Shown: one piece after another, positions 1-7,079 of the stretch
Layout: the number at the start of each line of letters is the position of its first letter
Numbering within the stretch: the stretch's first letter is position 1
From: a virus
Direction: 5' to 3' (one strand)
IMG/VR virus record: IMGVR_UViG_3300009514_000006
Span: 1-64,000 of that record
Length of the DNA: 64,000 bases
The notes under the pieces: generated by a model
What the model was told of the DNA's origin: nothing
Database searches by the model: none
The model's input: the letters and a program-made list of their open reading frames with translations, nothing else
Program-made: the position numbers and the translations under genes

Positions 1-83
1 TTACCCCCACTGTGCTACAGGTAGCTAAATGGGAGTGGGAACGAGATCGGGACAAGTACCAGGAGCAAATTAGTGCAGCCTAA
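1..83 (+). CDS. 3' end of an HREDGPA-repeat family protein (truncated by window start)
   Basis: Frame 3 reads TPTVLQVAKWEWERDRDKYQEQISAA*. nt 1-47 match nt 275-321 (C-terminus of the next gene) with one mismatch. Confidence 0.75.
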   Translation, partial: TPTVLQVAKWEWERDRDKYQEQISAA

Positions 84-321
84 ACTCATCGAGCACCCAA
101 ACGGATACAAGGAGTGGTGGCTAAATGGGGAGCTACATCGGGAAGACGGTCCCGCTGTTGAGCACCCAGACGGGACCAAGGAGTGGTGCCTAAACGGGAA
201 GCGACACAGGGAAGACGGTCCCGCTATTGAGTACTCAAACGGATACAAGGAGGGGTACCTAAACGGTAAGAAATTTACCCCCACTGTGCTACAGGTAGCT
301 AAATGGGAGTGGAAACGAGAT
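1..321 (+). repeat. 47-bp direct repeat (1-47 and 275-321) from tandem paralogous gene ends
   Basis: ttacccccactgtgctacaggtagctaaatgggagtgg(g/a)aacgagat occurs twice, 274 bp apart. Confidence 0.9.
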
Positions 322-357
322 AAAACTATGTACGCTAGCAACATTGAAAAGGACTAA
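73..357 (+). CDS. HREDGPA-repeat (MORN-variant-like beta-hairpin repeat) protein
   Basis: Tandem ~23-aa units W-x-LNG-x-x-HREDGPA-x-E; GTG start with AGGAG at 61-65. Confidence 0.85.
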   Translation: MQPKLIEHPNGYKEWWLNGELHREDGPAVEHPDGTKEWCLNGKRHREDGPAIEYSNGYKEGYLNGKKFTPTVLQVAKWEWKRDKTMYASNIEKD

Positions 358-362
358 GCAAA

Positions 363-761
363 ATGGACAACTACACATTTTATCTAGAAACTGAAATTGC
401 TGATGGTGAGTGGCGGGAAGATGCATTTGTGGTAACCATTGGGGAATTTTTACCTTTTGCGCCCGGTCGTTTTTCTGGGGCACCCGAACAGTGTTACCCT
501 GATGAGGGTGGCGTGGCTTACGTTTCAGAGCCGATCTACCGCTTGGTAAACGGGGAGGACCCTGAAATAATTTCCCTTGCCGAGTTCCTTGATACCTGGG
601 CAAAATGTAATGACATTAAAGACGACTCCTACCACACAGCTAGGCAAAAAGCCGAAGAAGAAGTGAATGGTATCCTGTATGATGAGTGCGTGGAGTACCT
701 ATCAGACACAATCGAGAGTGAAGAAGATGATTCATTTTCCGCCCGTTGGGACGACTATTAA
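363..761 (+). CDS. hypothetical acidic protein
   Basis: 132-aa ORF directly after the previous gene; no recognised motif. Confidence 0.7.
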   Translation: MDNYTFYLETEIADGEWREDAFVVTIGEFLPFAPGRFSGAPEQCYPDEGGVAYVSEPIYRLVNGEDPEIISLAEFLDTWAKCNDIKDDSYHTARQKAEEEVNGILYDECVEYLSDTIESEEDDSFSARWDDY

Positions 762-778
762 GCTAAGGAGCAAACTCA

Positions 779-874
779 ATGCAACATTTAATGTATATTA
801 TTTCGTGGCTAATAGGGGCTTTGGTGGGCATATTCCTACCCAGAAACGTACAACAAGCAATTATGGAGAGTTAA
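779..874 (+). CDS. small membrane protein (31 aa, not in ORF track)
   Basis: MQHLMYIISWLIGALVGIFLPRNVQQAIMES*, with AAGGAG at 765-770. Confidence 0.6.
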   Translation: MQHLMYIISWLIGALVGIFLPRNVQQAIMES

Positions 875-875
875 A

Positions 876-1004
876 ATGGCATTTCAGTTATTTATATGGG
901 TTTCACTAGTGTTTGTGCTAGTATCCAGCATGGTGGGCATAGGTATGCTCACTGGCTATCTCATCGTAAAAGTGGCTAAACTTCTATCAGGAGCGGGACA
1001 ATGA
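876..1004 (+). CDS. small membrane protein (42 aa, not in ORF track)
   Basis: MAFQLFIWVSLVFVLVSSMVGIGMLTGYLIVKVAKLLSGAGQ*, with GGAGAG upstream and an ATGA overlap with the next gene. Confidence 0.6.
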   Translation: MAFQLFIWVSLVFVLVSSMVGIGMLTGYLIVKVAKLLSGAGQ

Positions 1005-1201
1005 AACTACCCAAGTACTGCCGGGCAAAGATGATGCTAAATGAAGGAGTAACATCGATAAGCCTAGAGGAACGAAACCGGCTTATCGAGAATGGGTTCT
1101 GGCTGGATGGTTCGGATGACTTCATTCGTACCTTGCTAGAGTACGAATTGAAGGTAAGAGATCTAGAGAGAATGCTTGAGGATAGCCTTAAACGAGGTTA
1201 G
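1001..1201 (+). CDS. hypothetical protein
   Basis: 66 aa, coupled to the upstream ORF; overlaps the convergent - strand gene by 14 nt. Confidence 0.65.
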   Translation: MKLPKYCRAKMMLNEGVTSISLEERNRLIENGFWLDGSDDFIRTLLEYELKVRDLERMLEDSLKRG

Positions 1202-1430
1202 CATTCCTGAGAAGATCCCCCAGGTTTGCGGTTAGCCTGTCCGACAAAACCGCTGTTACCGCCTCTTTAGATTCATCCCACTGAACCTTTATGGTCTGGT
1301 ACTGTCGGGTCGTTACCTCATAAACATTATCCCGCACCTTACGGGCTTTTCCCTCCTTGATCTGCTGAACGATTGTTCCCATTTCTGCCTTACTAATCTG
1401 CACTTGATTCCTTTCCTTTCTACGGTACAA
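1188..1430 (-). CDS. hypothetical protein, paralog-like of 1420-1659
   Basis: VYEVTTRQYQTIKVQWDESKEAVTAVL resembles the C-terminal half of the neighbouring gene. Confidence 0.6.
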   Translation of the reverse strand: MYRRKERNQVQISKAEMGTIVQQIKEGKARKVRDNVYEVTTRQYQTIKVQWDESKEAVTAVLSDRLTANLGDLLRNANLV

Positions 1431-1659
1431 ATCCCAAAACTGTTATTACAAACTTCTTTTTAGTGTCATAAATCACTCGGATAGTTTGACCTCGCCAATC
1501 CACGTCGTACACCTCCCTACCCGATTTATTCGCCCTACCTACGTGCACAGCTTGACCATCGTCAATCTGGCTACCTAGCCATCTCTGTCCTGATTCTGTT
1601 AATTGAAAATCCCCCTGTCGAGTACTCTTTGAAGGGACATACTCTTTAAAGTGGCTCAT
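1420..1659 (-). CDS. hypothetical protein, possible DUF4258/RelE-like small fold
   Basis: C-terminal pattern VYDVDWRGQTIRVIYD....VITVL (x-R-V-V-Y...V-I-T-V strands). Confidence 0.55.
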   Translation of the reverse strand: MSHFKEYVPSKSTRQGDFQLTESGQRWLGSQIDDGQAVHVGRANKSGREVYDVDWRGQTIRVIYDTKKKFVITVLGFVP

Positions 1660-1892
1660 TGATCCTCTTCTTTATCCTCTTCTGAGGCCATTAACCACCT
1701 AAACGCATTGTCATAGAATGAGGCTTCGTGCGACATGTATAAGGAAACCAAAGAAACCGCTATGAGGCCCACTAGGATCGAAGGCGAATCATAATCCCGA
1801 TAATAGAAAACGGCGCCGCTGGCCGCTCCTATGGCCGCTAGGGAGTATAGAATCCTCATCACTCGATACATTACCCATTTGTAGAATATCAT
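1656..1892 (-). CDS. small two-TM membrane protein
   Basis: Two hydrophobic segments; 4-nt overlaps with both neighbours. Confidence 0.65.
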   Translation of the reverse strand: MIFYKWVMYRVMRILYSLAAIGAASGAVFYYRDYDSPSILVGLIAVSLVSLYMSHEASFYDNAFRWLMASEEDKEEDQ

Positions 1893-2098
1893 TTTTTTGT
1901 TGACTCCTCAGTGCCCCATACGCGGCTAGTGTCGCACAGGGTACAATACATAATGACATCAAATTCCGAAGGAGAGGCGATAATCTTCTTATGTCCTTTG
2001 TACACATGAAAGGTAGCAGACCTACATCGCGTACAGGGAAGGAGAGCATTAGAAGTGATACCGCATTTTTTAGGGTCTTTAAATACTAGTTTTGACAT
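1889..2098 (-). CDS. small Zn-ribbon protein
   Basis: CTRC ... CTLC pairs. Confidence 0.6.
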   Translation of the reverse strand: MSKLVFKDPKKCGITSNALLPCTRCRSATFHVYKGHKKIIASPSEFDVIMYCTLCDTSRVWGTEESTKK

Positions 2099-2140
2099 GA
2101 TTCTATGGTATTCTAATATTGTTGGTTAATAAAGAGGAAT

Positions 2141-2824
2141 CTAACGGGACAAGGCATAATTATTGCTTGTCCTTGCAAGAATCTGCTCATCAAAGAGACG
2201 ACTAAGAGCATCAACCCAACAGGGGTCAAGCTCAAAGTTACTAATGATTTCCTCTAGTTGATTACCCTCAGCAGCCGCCGCGAACTCCTCAAAGAGGCTT
2301 TTAAGCCCCGCAATGCTTAGCGAGCCGCCGCCGCACTTGGTAACTAGATCTCTAAGCTGGATCAACATAGTCAGATCTGGCGAGACTAGACTCGGCTCAG
2401 TAGTGTCCCGTTGAGTGGGCAGCTTCGGCTCCCGAGTTGGGGTGTGGTCAACCACTTCCGGATCCTCAGAGGGGGGTGTGGTGAGGTCTTCTTTGGGGGC
2501 TGTGGTGCGATCTTCTTCGGGGGGTGTGGTGGGGGGTGTGGTGCCTCTTCCAGCAGACAAATTGGAGTCCGTGGAGGGAGCTGTGGTGGGTGGTTTTTTG
2601 GTGGGTACGGACGGTCGCACGAGAGAGTGTCTACCTAGCTTTTGCACATCTGTTTTGCGAACCCTGGGCAGCTCTTCTTTGGTCGTATCCTCAGCGACAG
2701 GTGTCCGAGAAGCTTTGAAGGCTTTGGCTTCCTGATAGAGCATGGGCCCCGTCAAGATGAATAAGGCCGCCAAAGTGGCGGTTACAAAAATCTTAATTGT
2801 CCCCACTAACAAGTTCCTAATCAT
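2141..2824 (-). CDS. membrane-anchored protein with Pro/Thr-rich repetitive linker
   Basis: N-terminal TM helix, TTPP/EDRTT repeats, helical C-terminal domain. Confidence 0.7.
   Translation of the reverse strand: MIRNLLVGTIKIFVTATLAALFILTGPMLYQEAKAFKASRTPVAEDTTKEELPRVRKTDVQKLGRHSLVRPSVPTKKPPTTAPSTDSNLSAGRGTTPPTTPPEEDRTTAPKEDLTTPPSEDPEVVDHTPTREPKLPTQRDTTEPSLVSPDLTMLIQLRDLVTKCGGGSLSIAGLKSLFEEFAAAAEGNQLEEIISNFELDPCWVDALSRLFDEQILARTSNNYALSR
2471..2543 (+). repeat. 24-bp tandem repeat with G5-G6 runs
   Basis: gggggg(t/c)tgtggtg-type units start at 2471, 2495, 2519 and 2531. Confidence 0.8.
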
Positions 2825-3537
2825 AGCTCAATTACATTCTTTCCAAGAGAAGCATTAGAGAACAAAATTTTACGATCATCAAAGAACCACGCTTCCTTTT
2901 CTACCAAGCCCTTTGATTCGTGGATATGCCCAAAACAGAATAGTTTCGGAAGCTTATCCTCAGTGTTTAGGTCATATAAAATAGTATTTAAATGAGTGGT
3001 TAAAGAAGAAAGCCCAAGATGCCTTTCACCGTCAAGTACTCCGTAGGGAGGCGTGTGGGTAACCACCACATCAAGGTCTCTAGGTAGCCTCGCCACTCGG
3101 TCATCCAATTCTTGAAAGGATAACTCATCCGCCCATTCGCCATATATGTAATTGACTCCGCGAAAACCACCAAACTTTAACCCACAATATTCTACCGTAC
3201 GGGAGGGGTCGTGATCAAGCTCAAACACCTCGCCCCCAAATAATGGGCCAAGGTCAATAAAGTCATGGTTCCCACGGACACAGACAACTGGCGCATCCGG
3301 GCTACCTAAGAACTCCCTGAGGGAATGCCCCTTGTGCCCAAAGTTATTGTAGAACCAAAGAGCTTGCTGCTCAGCCTCTCTAGCGTGGTCAATAATTCTT
3401 CGGCTATCATAGAAATTCTTAGGACGTACTATTATTGGGTGGTTGTCAAGAAGGTCCCCAGAGGCCACATAAATGTCAGCCTTGGGGAGGTCCGTGAACT
3501 GCCCATGTAGGTCAGATATATGACAGATTTTAGGCAT
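2821..3537 (-). CDS. calcineurin-like metallophosphoesterase
   Basis: DLHG, GDL, GNHD, HTPP and GHIHE motifs. Confidence 0.9.
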   Translation of the reverse strand: MPKICHISDLHGQFTDLPKADIYVASGDLLDNHPIIVRPKNFYDSRRIIDHAREAEQQALWFYNNFGHKGHSLREFLGSPDAPVVCVRGNHDFIDLGPLFGGEVFELDHDPSRTVEYCGLKFGGFRGVNYIYGEWADELSFQELDDRVARLPRDLDVVVTHTPPYGVLDGERHLGLSSLTTHLNTILYDLNTEDKLPKLFCFGHIHESKGLVEKEAWFFDDRKILFSNASLGKNVIEL

Positions 3538-3832
3538 TCAATCTGGCTTCAACTATGTTAAGCAGCATCAGGTAAAATAAATGCACCGGAATTGCTAAGG
3601 GGCGACTTTTGACGATCCCATTGGAGTCATGCTCCCAAAGAATACGGCTAACAGGTATACGATACTCATCCCACCTAGTATCATCTACCCTAATCCTGGT
3701 GTACGCCCCAACAAGCTCGCCGAAGGCAAACACATTACAAGACAGAAGATAGTCGATAGATTCTTGCTGCCAAGTACCGTCCCCGATCAGCTTAGGGGAC
3801 GTCCCTCTATCAATTCCGGCGTAACCAGTCAC
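3530..3832 (-). CDS. hypothetical protein
   Basis: 100 aa with operon-style overlaps. Confidence 0.6.
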   Translation of the reverse strand: MTGYAGIDRGTSPKLIGDGTWQQESIDYLLSCNVFAFGELVGAYTRIRVDDTRWDEYRIPVSRILWEHDSNGIVKSRPLAIPVHLFYLMLLNIVEARLNA

Positions 3833-4032
3833 TTTACTTTAACCTTTTCATAGACCACCACGTCAAAATGGCCCACTCGTTTACGGATGCGGCACCTTTC
3901 CTCAACCAGCCCATCAAAGGCTACTTTAGCTGCCTCATAGGTGGGGAAGGATTGTTGGTGCTTCTTCTTCCACTCCTGTGTGCTAGTGTCGATCTTCTCT
4001 TTCATCTCGTTACGTCTCTTGTTCTTAGGCAT
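3829..4032 (-). CDS. hypothetical basic protein
   Basis: 67 aa with operon-style spacing. Confidence 0.6.
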   Translation of the reverse strand: MPKNKRRNEMKEKIDTSTQEWKKKHQQSFPTYEAAKVAFDGLVEERCRIRKRVGHFDVVVYEKVKVK

Positions 4033-4033
4033 T

Positions 4034-4225
4034 CTATTCCTGAATTGTGTTTACCAAAGTGTCTGTAATCATCTTGAGGACTACATCGTTCATTGACACG
4101 TTATTCTTGTCAGCGATAGCCTTCAGCTCATCTCTCATATCCGGTGTCATTCGGAGCAAAAATGAGGACAGTTTCACTCCATGCTTAAGAGGGCGTCCAG
4201 GTTTCTTTTTCTCAGGTGTATCCAT
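4034..4225 (-). CDS. Arc-family ribbon-helix-helix DNA-binding protein with N-terminal AT-hook-like KKPGRP
   Basis: FLLRMTPDMRDELKAIADKNNVSMNDVVLKMI fits the Arc/Mnt pattern. Confidence 0.8.
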   Translation of the reverse strand: MDTPEKKKPGRPLKHGVKLSSFLLRMTPDMRDELKAIADKNNVSMNDVVLKMITDTLVNTIQE

Positions 4226-4542
4226 TACTTATTCTCCTTTGTCAAATCCAAAATCCAAGTCTTCGAGTTCTCAGGGTTGTAAAGGTAGGCTCTCTTAAAG
4301 CCCAAATCTTTGAGATCATCAAGATATACTCGTTTTATACGTATTACAATAGCATCAGTGAACACAGTGCTAGTAGCTACCATAACCGTATTATCCTCGC
4401 CTACAGCCTGCACTTTGATCTTAACCCCCTTATCGGCAAAGCGATCTTGGGCAATGCTCACAGCCTCTACTCTCATAGCGGCACTCTTGTTGCAGGCAAA
4501 CATCATCATACCACAAAACAATAACAAGCATAACCTATTCAT
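4225..4542 (-). CDS. putative lipoprotein
   Basis: Hydrophobic signal ending MFAC (lipobox-like). Confidence 0.65.
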   Translation of the reverse strand: MNRLCLLLFCGMMMFACNKSAAMRVEAVSIAQDRFADKGVKIKVQAVGEDNTVMVATSTVFTDAIVIRIKRVYLDDLKDLGFKRAYLYNPENSKTWILDLTKENK

Positions 4543-4554
4543 CCATTTTCTCCC

Positions 4555-5235
4555 TTATTGGCACACAAGTGCAGTTAAATTCAATGAATCAAAATAGAAA
4601 CTAGTTGAGTACATATTGTCGTTACTTGACGAGAAGAACAGGCGTATAGTCCTTCCCGGATATCCTTGAGTAGAACCCACAATGAAGTAGGACCAATCAG
4701 CAGCAGCACTAGTATTGCTCCACACGGCTAGGCTCTCAAGGAAGTTATGATTGGTATCACCCAATTCAATATTAATCAAGTCATAATCTCCACCCGACTC
4801 ATTTGTTATGATTAAGGCTTGTCCGCTTAATCGAAGCTGCGTAGAACCGGCCGGGACCGCAACATCTTGATACAGGGCATCGGCATAGTCTAACTCTCCC
4901 CCTAGCCACGCTAAATAAGGAGGAGTATGCGCCCCTTCTATGGCATTAATAATGGGATAGGATCCTAACTCTGTCCACACCACAGGACCACTGTCGAACC
5001 GAGGATTCACCAAAGGTAGGTTATGCTCGGCGCAAGTAGGATTAGGAGGTGGTGGAGGCGGCACATAAGCATCAGGAGGAGCTGCGGGATTAGCGTCTAC
5101 TACGCGCGCATCCGGAACTGCGCGAGCATCGATGCGGCTAAAAGCGTCAGCAGGACCTGCGTCAGCGGGATCCCCGGCAGGATACGAAGCAGTTGCACAA
5201 GAGGTTAATAGGACTAAACAAATATATCTTTTCAT
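4555..5235 (-). CDS. putative lipoprotein with DAx/Pro-rich linker and C-terminal jelly-roll (carbohydrate-binding-like) domain
   Basis: MKRYICLVLLTSC signal; DAGPADA...PDA..PPPPPP linker; aromatic beta-rich domain ending FYFDSLNL. Confidence 0.75.
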   Translation of the reverse strand: MKRYICLVLLTSCATASYPAGDPADAGPADAFSRIDARAVPDARVVDANPAAPPDAYVPPPPPPNPTCAEHNLPLVNPRFDSGPVVWTELGSYPIINAIEGAHTPPYLAWLGGELDYADALYQDVAVPAGSTQLRLSGQALIITNESGGDYDLINIELGDTNHNFLESLAVWSNTSAAADWSYFIVGSTQGYPGRTIRLFFSSSNDNMYSTSFYFDSLNLTALVCQ

Positions 5236-5249
5236 AACTTTTCAAAAGT

Positions 5250-5320
5250 TGGTTCTGCCTGGAATCGAACCAGGATCTTCCCGGGGACCGCCGGGCGCTT
5301 TACCATTAAGCTACGGAACC
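5250..5320 (-). tRNA. tRNA-like element / pseudo-tRNA with a non-canonical 6-nt anticodon loop
   Basis: - strand GGTTCCG TA GCTT-AATGGTA-AAGC G CCCGG-CGGTCC-CCGGG AAGAT CCTGG-TTCGATT-CCAGG CAGAACC A. D and T arms are intact; there is a C6-A67 mismatch and no encoded CCA. Confidence 0.75.
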
Positions 5321-5322
5321 CA

Positions 5323-5562
5323 TTAATGGTTTGCGTCGTCACTAACACTATCGAAATGATCAAGGTAATAGTCAATAGCCTGTTTAGCTTCTTCTTCGCT
5401 GTGTGTCTCTTCTACAAGGCTGTCTCCATCAAATACGATCCATAAGTTAGGGTAGTAGACGTATCTATGCCCGTTAAAATCAGCATCTTCCACATCATAG
5501 AACCCAATGACCATATTACGATATTCCATAACTGAAGTTGCTTCTTTAATTGTGTATGACAT
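5323..5562 (-). CDS. hypothetical protein
   Basis: 79-aa acidic ORF. Confidence 0.6.
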   Translation of the reverse strand: MSYTIKEATSVMEYRNMVIGFYDVEDADFNGHRYVYYPNLWIVFDGDSLVEETHSEEEAKQAIDYYLDHFDSVSDDANH

Positions 5563-5831
5563 TATCGTCTCCTATGAACCAAATCAATTATCGATCTTTC
5601 TTCGGTGGCTCTACGATCGCACAGAGCAGACACTGAGTCCCCTAGGGACAATTGATTTCTGAAGACACGCGAAACATGCTCATTCAGGGACAAATGACTC
5701 TGCATGAGATCATTGTACCTTTTCTCTAGTCGTGATAGGTGCTTGTCCAGAATATGCACATAGTAAGCTAGCACTCCTGCAATCAACATAAAACCAAGAA
5801 ATCCAGCCGCAATAAAATTATACAACGTCAT
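5562..5831 (-). CDS. membrane protein with coiled-coil region
   Basis: N-terminal TM; ATG at 5831 preferred over the track start at 5858. Confidence 0.6.
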   Translation of the reverse strand: MTLYNFIAAGFLGFMLIAGVLAYYVHILDKHLSRLEKRYNDLMQSHLSLNEHVSRVFRNQLSLGDSVSALCDRRATEERSIIDLVHRRR

Positions 5832-6174
5832 CGTTAACCACACTTTCCAAAAGAGCACAAGTAGACAAAACCTGATGGGTAATAAACTCCATGGCGCCGT
5901 CCGCCTCTGTCATAGCTTTATACGCTACGTCGTTCTCTATCAGGTCAGCCAAAAAGTTCAGGTAGCAAGTAGCTGCTTTGAATAAATCTTCGGCCCTATC
6001 GCACAATTTATCCTCCCTCATAAGAGCCACTAGCTCCATAGAGTTGAAGGCTATCTTAAGATCCCTGTACGCCTTTTCCGTTATGAGCAACTTCACCCCT
6101 TCAGAAGTGGGCTCAGGAATTACATTCACCAAAGGCGTGAGCACATTTACTAACTCTTTGACTTTTAGCCCCAT
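5818..6174 (-). CDS. hypothetical protein
   Basis: 118-aa ORF in the operon. Confidence 0.6.
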   Translation of the reverse strand: MGLKVKELVNVLTPLVNVIPEPTSEGVKLLITEKAYRDLKIAFNSMELVALMREDKLCDRAEDLFKAATCYLNFLADLIENDVAYKAMTEADGAMEFITHQVLSTCALLESVVNDDVV

Positions 6175-6176
6175 TA

Positions 6177-6335
6177 TTACCTCCTAAACGCTCCTAAGAT
6201 CATAGATCCGCCCACGAACCCTAATACGAAATAGAACAAAAACACAGCAAGTACATGAATGATCTTACAACCTACAAGGAGCAGAAAACAAACTAGTTCC
6301 AAAAATAGATTAAACAATGCCTTGATGGTGTCCAT
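6177..6335 (-). CDS. small membrane protein
   Basis: Long hydrophobic stretch; ATG at 6335, just after the upstream stop. Confidence 0.55.
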   Translation of the reverse strand: MDTIKALFNLFLELVCFLLLVGCKIIHVLAVFLFYFVLGFVGGSMILGAFRR

Positions 6336-6337
6336 GA

Positions 6338-6742
6338 TTACTCTTCCATCTCTTTCCAATATTGTGTGTATCCGATCAAGTCGCACTCCGACAGGTCAAC
6401 CCCGGCCTCTGCAAGCACTAGCAGCCCTTTTGCCTCCACCAAAATAGCCCCTGTGAACAGGGCTCCCGACACCAGAGCCCTTCTAAAATCAGCCCCAGTC
6501 AGATTGGTCTTAGTGAAGTCTGCGTTTCTCAAGTTTGCCCTCTTGAAGGTACAGCCGCTAAGATCCGCATAAGAGAAATCAGCAGATCTAAAGTTCATTC
6601 CAGAGAAATTGTGGTCTGTCAGACTACCGGGCTCATCCTTTGCTATGAACTTTTTTGCTCCTTTGTTCCTTCGCTGTAGGTAGCAGTTATGCGCTATTTC
6701 TGCCTGCCAGGGCCGGCGCATATACCTAATGTCGTATCCCAT
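6338..6742 (-). CDS. pentapeptide-repeat protein
   Basis: Tandem A(D/N)(F/L)xx units: ADFSY ADLSG CTFKR ANLRN ADFTK TNLTG ADFRR. Confidence 0.9.
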   Translation of the reverse strand: MGYDIRYMRRPWQAEIAHNCYLQRRNKGAKKFIAKDEPGSLTDHNFSGMNFRSADFSYADLSGCTFKRANLRNADFTKTNLTGADFRRALVSGALFTGAILVEAKGLLVLAEAGVDLSECDLIGYTQYWKEMEE

Positions 6743-6748
6743 ACTTCA

Positions 6749-6776
6749 AATATAGCATCACTATTTGCTAAAGCAA
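6749..6776 (-). promoter_or_regulatory. sigma70-type promoter, probably leaderless
   Basis: TTGCTT-N16-TATATT with an extended TG; the ATG at 6742 is 7 nt downstream of the -10. Confidence 0.6.
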
Positions 6777-6878
6777 GCACTGTTTATACAATTTTTCGGG
6801 TATCGCTATCATTAGATACTCAACACTCAGAGCTAGCCCCACGATGAACATTTCCAACAATTCTAATATTTCCCTCAT
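6768..6878 (-). CDS. possible small hydrophobic ORF (36 aa)
   Basis: MREILELLEMFIVGLALSVEYLMIAIPEKLYKQCLL* fills the gap between two genes. Confidence 0.4.
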   Translation of the reverse strand: MREILELLEMFIVGLALSVEYLMIAIPEKLYKQCLL

Positions 6879-6879
6879 G

Positions 6880-7077
6880 TTATTCACTTGGTACACAAAA
6901 AGGTACCGCTCGGATGAAGTATAAAGAGTCATCCAAATCCTCTTTGGCTTTCTCTATTACGGTATCGGGGTTATCCGACACGTAGAACTCACCCCTATAA
7001 CCAGCAATGTACCAGCCATCAAAGTCAGCATGGCGGAACATAGCAATATACAAAGTTGTACCATCTTTAAATGCCAT
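6880..7077 (-). CDS. hypothetical protein
   Basis: 65-aa ORF in the operon. Confidence 0.6.
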   Translation of the reverse strand: MAFKDGTTLYIAMFRHADFDGWYIAGYRGEFYVSDNPDTVIEKAKEDLDDSLYFIRAVPFCVPSE

Positions 7078-7079
7078 AT

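Noticed and set aside
1-321. Diversity-generating retroelement TR/VR pair suggested by the 47-bp repeat
   Set aside because: Differences beyond the repeat are not confined to adenines, both copies are coding gene ends, and no reverse transcriptase is present in the window.
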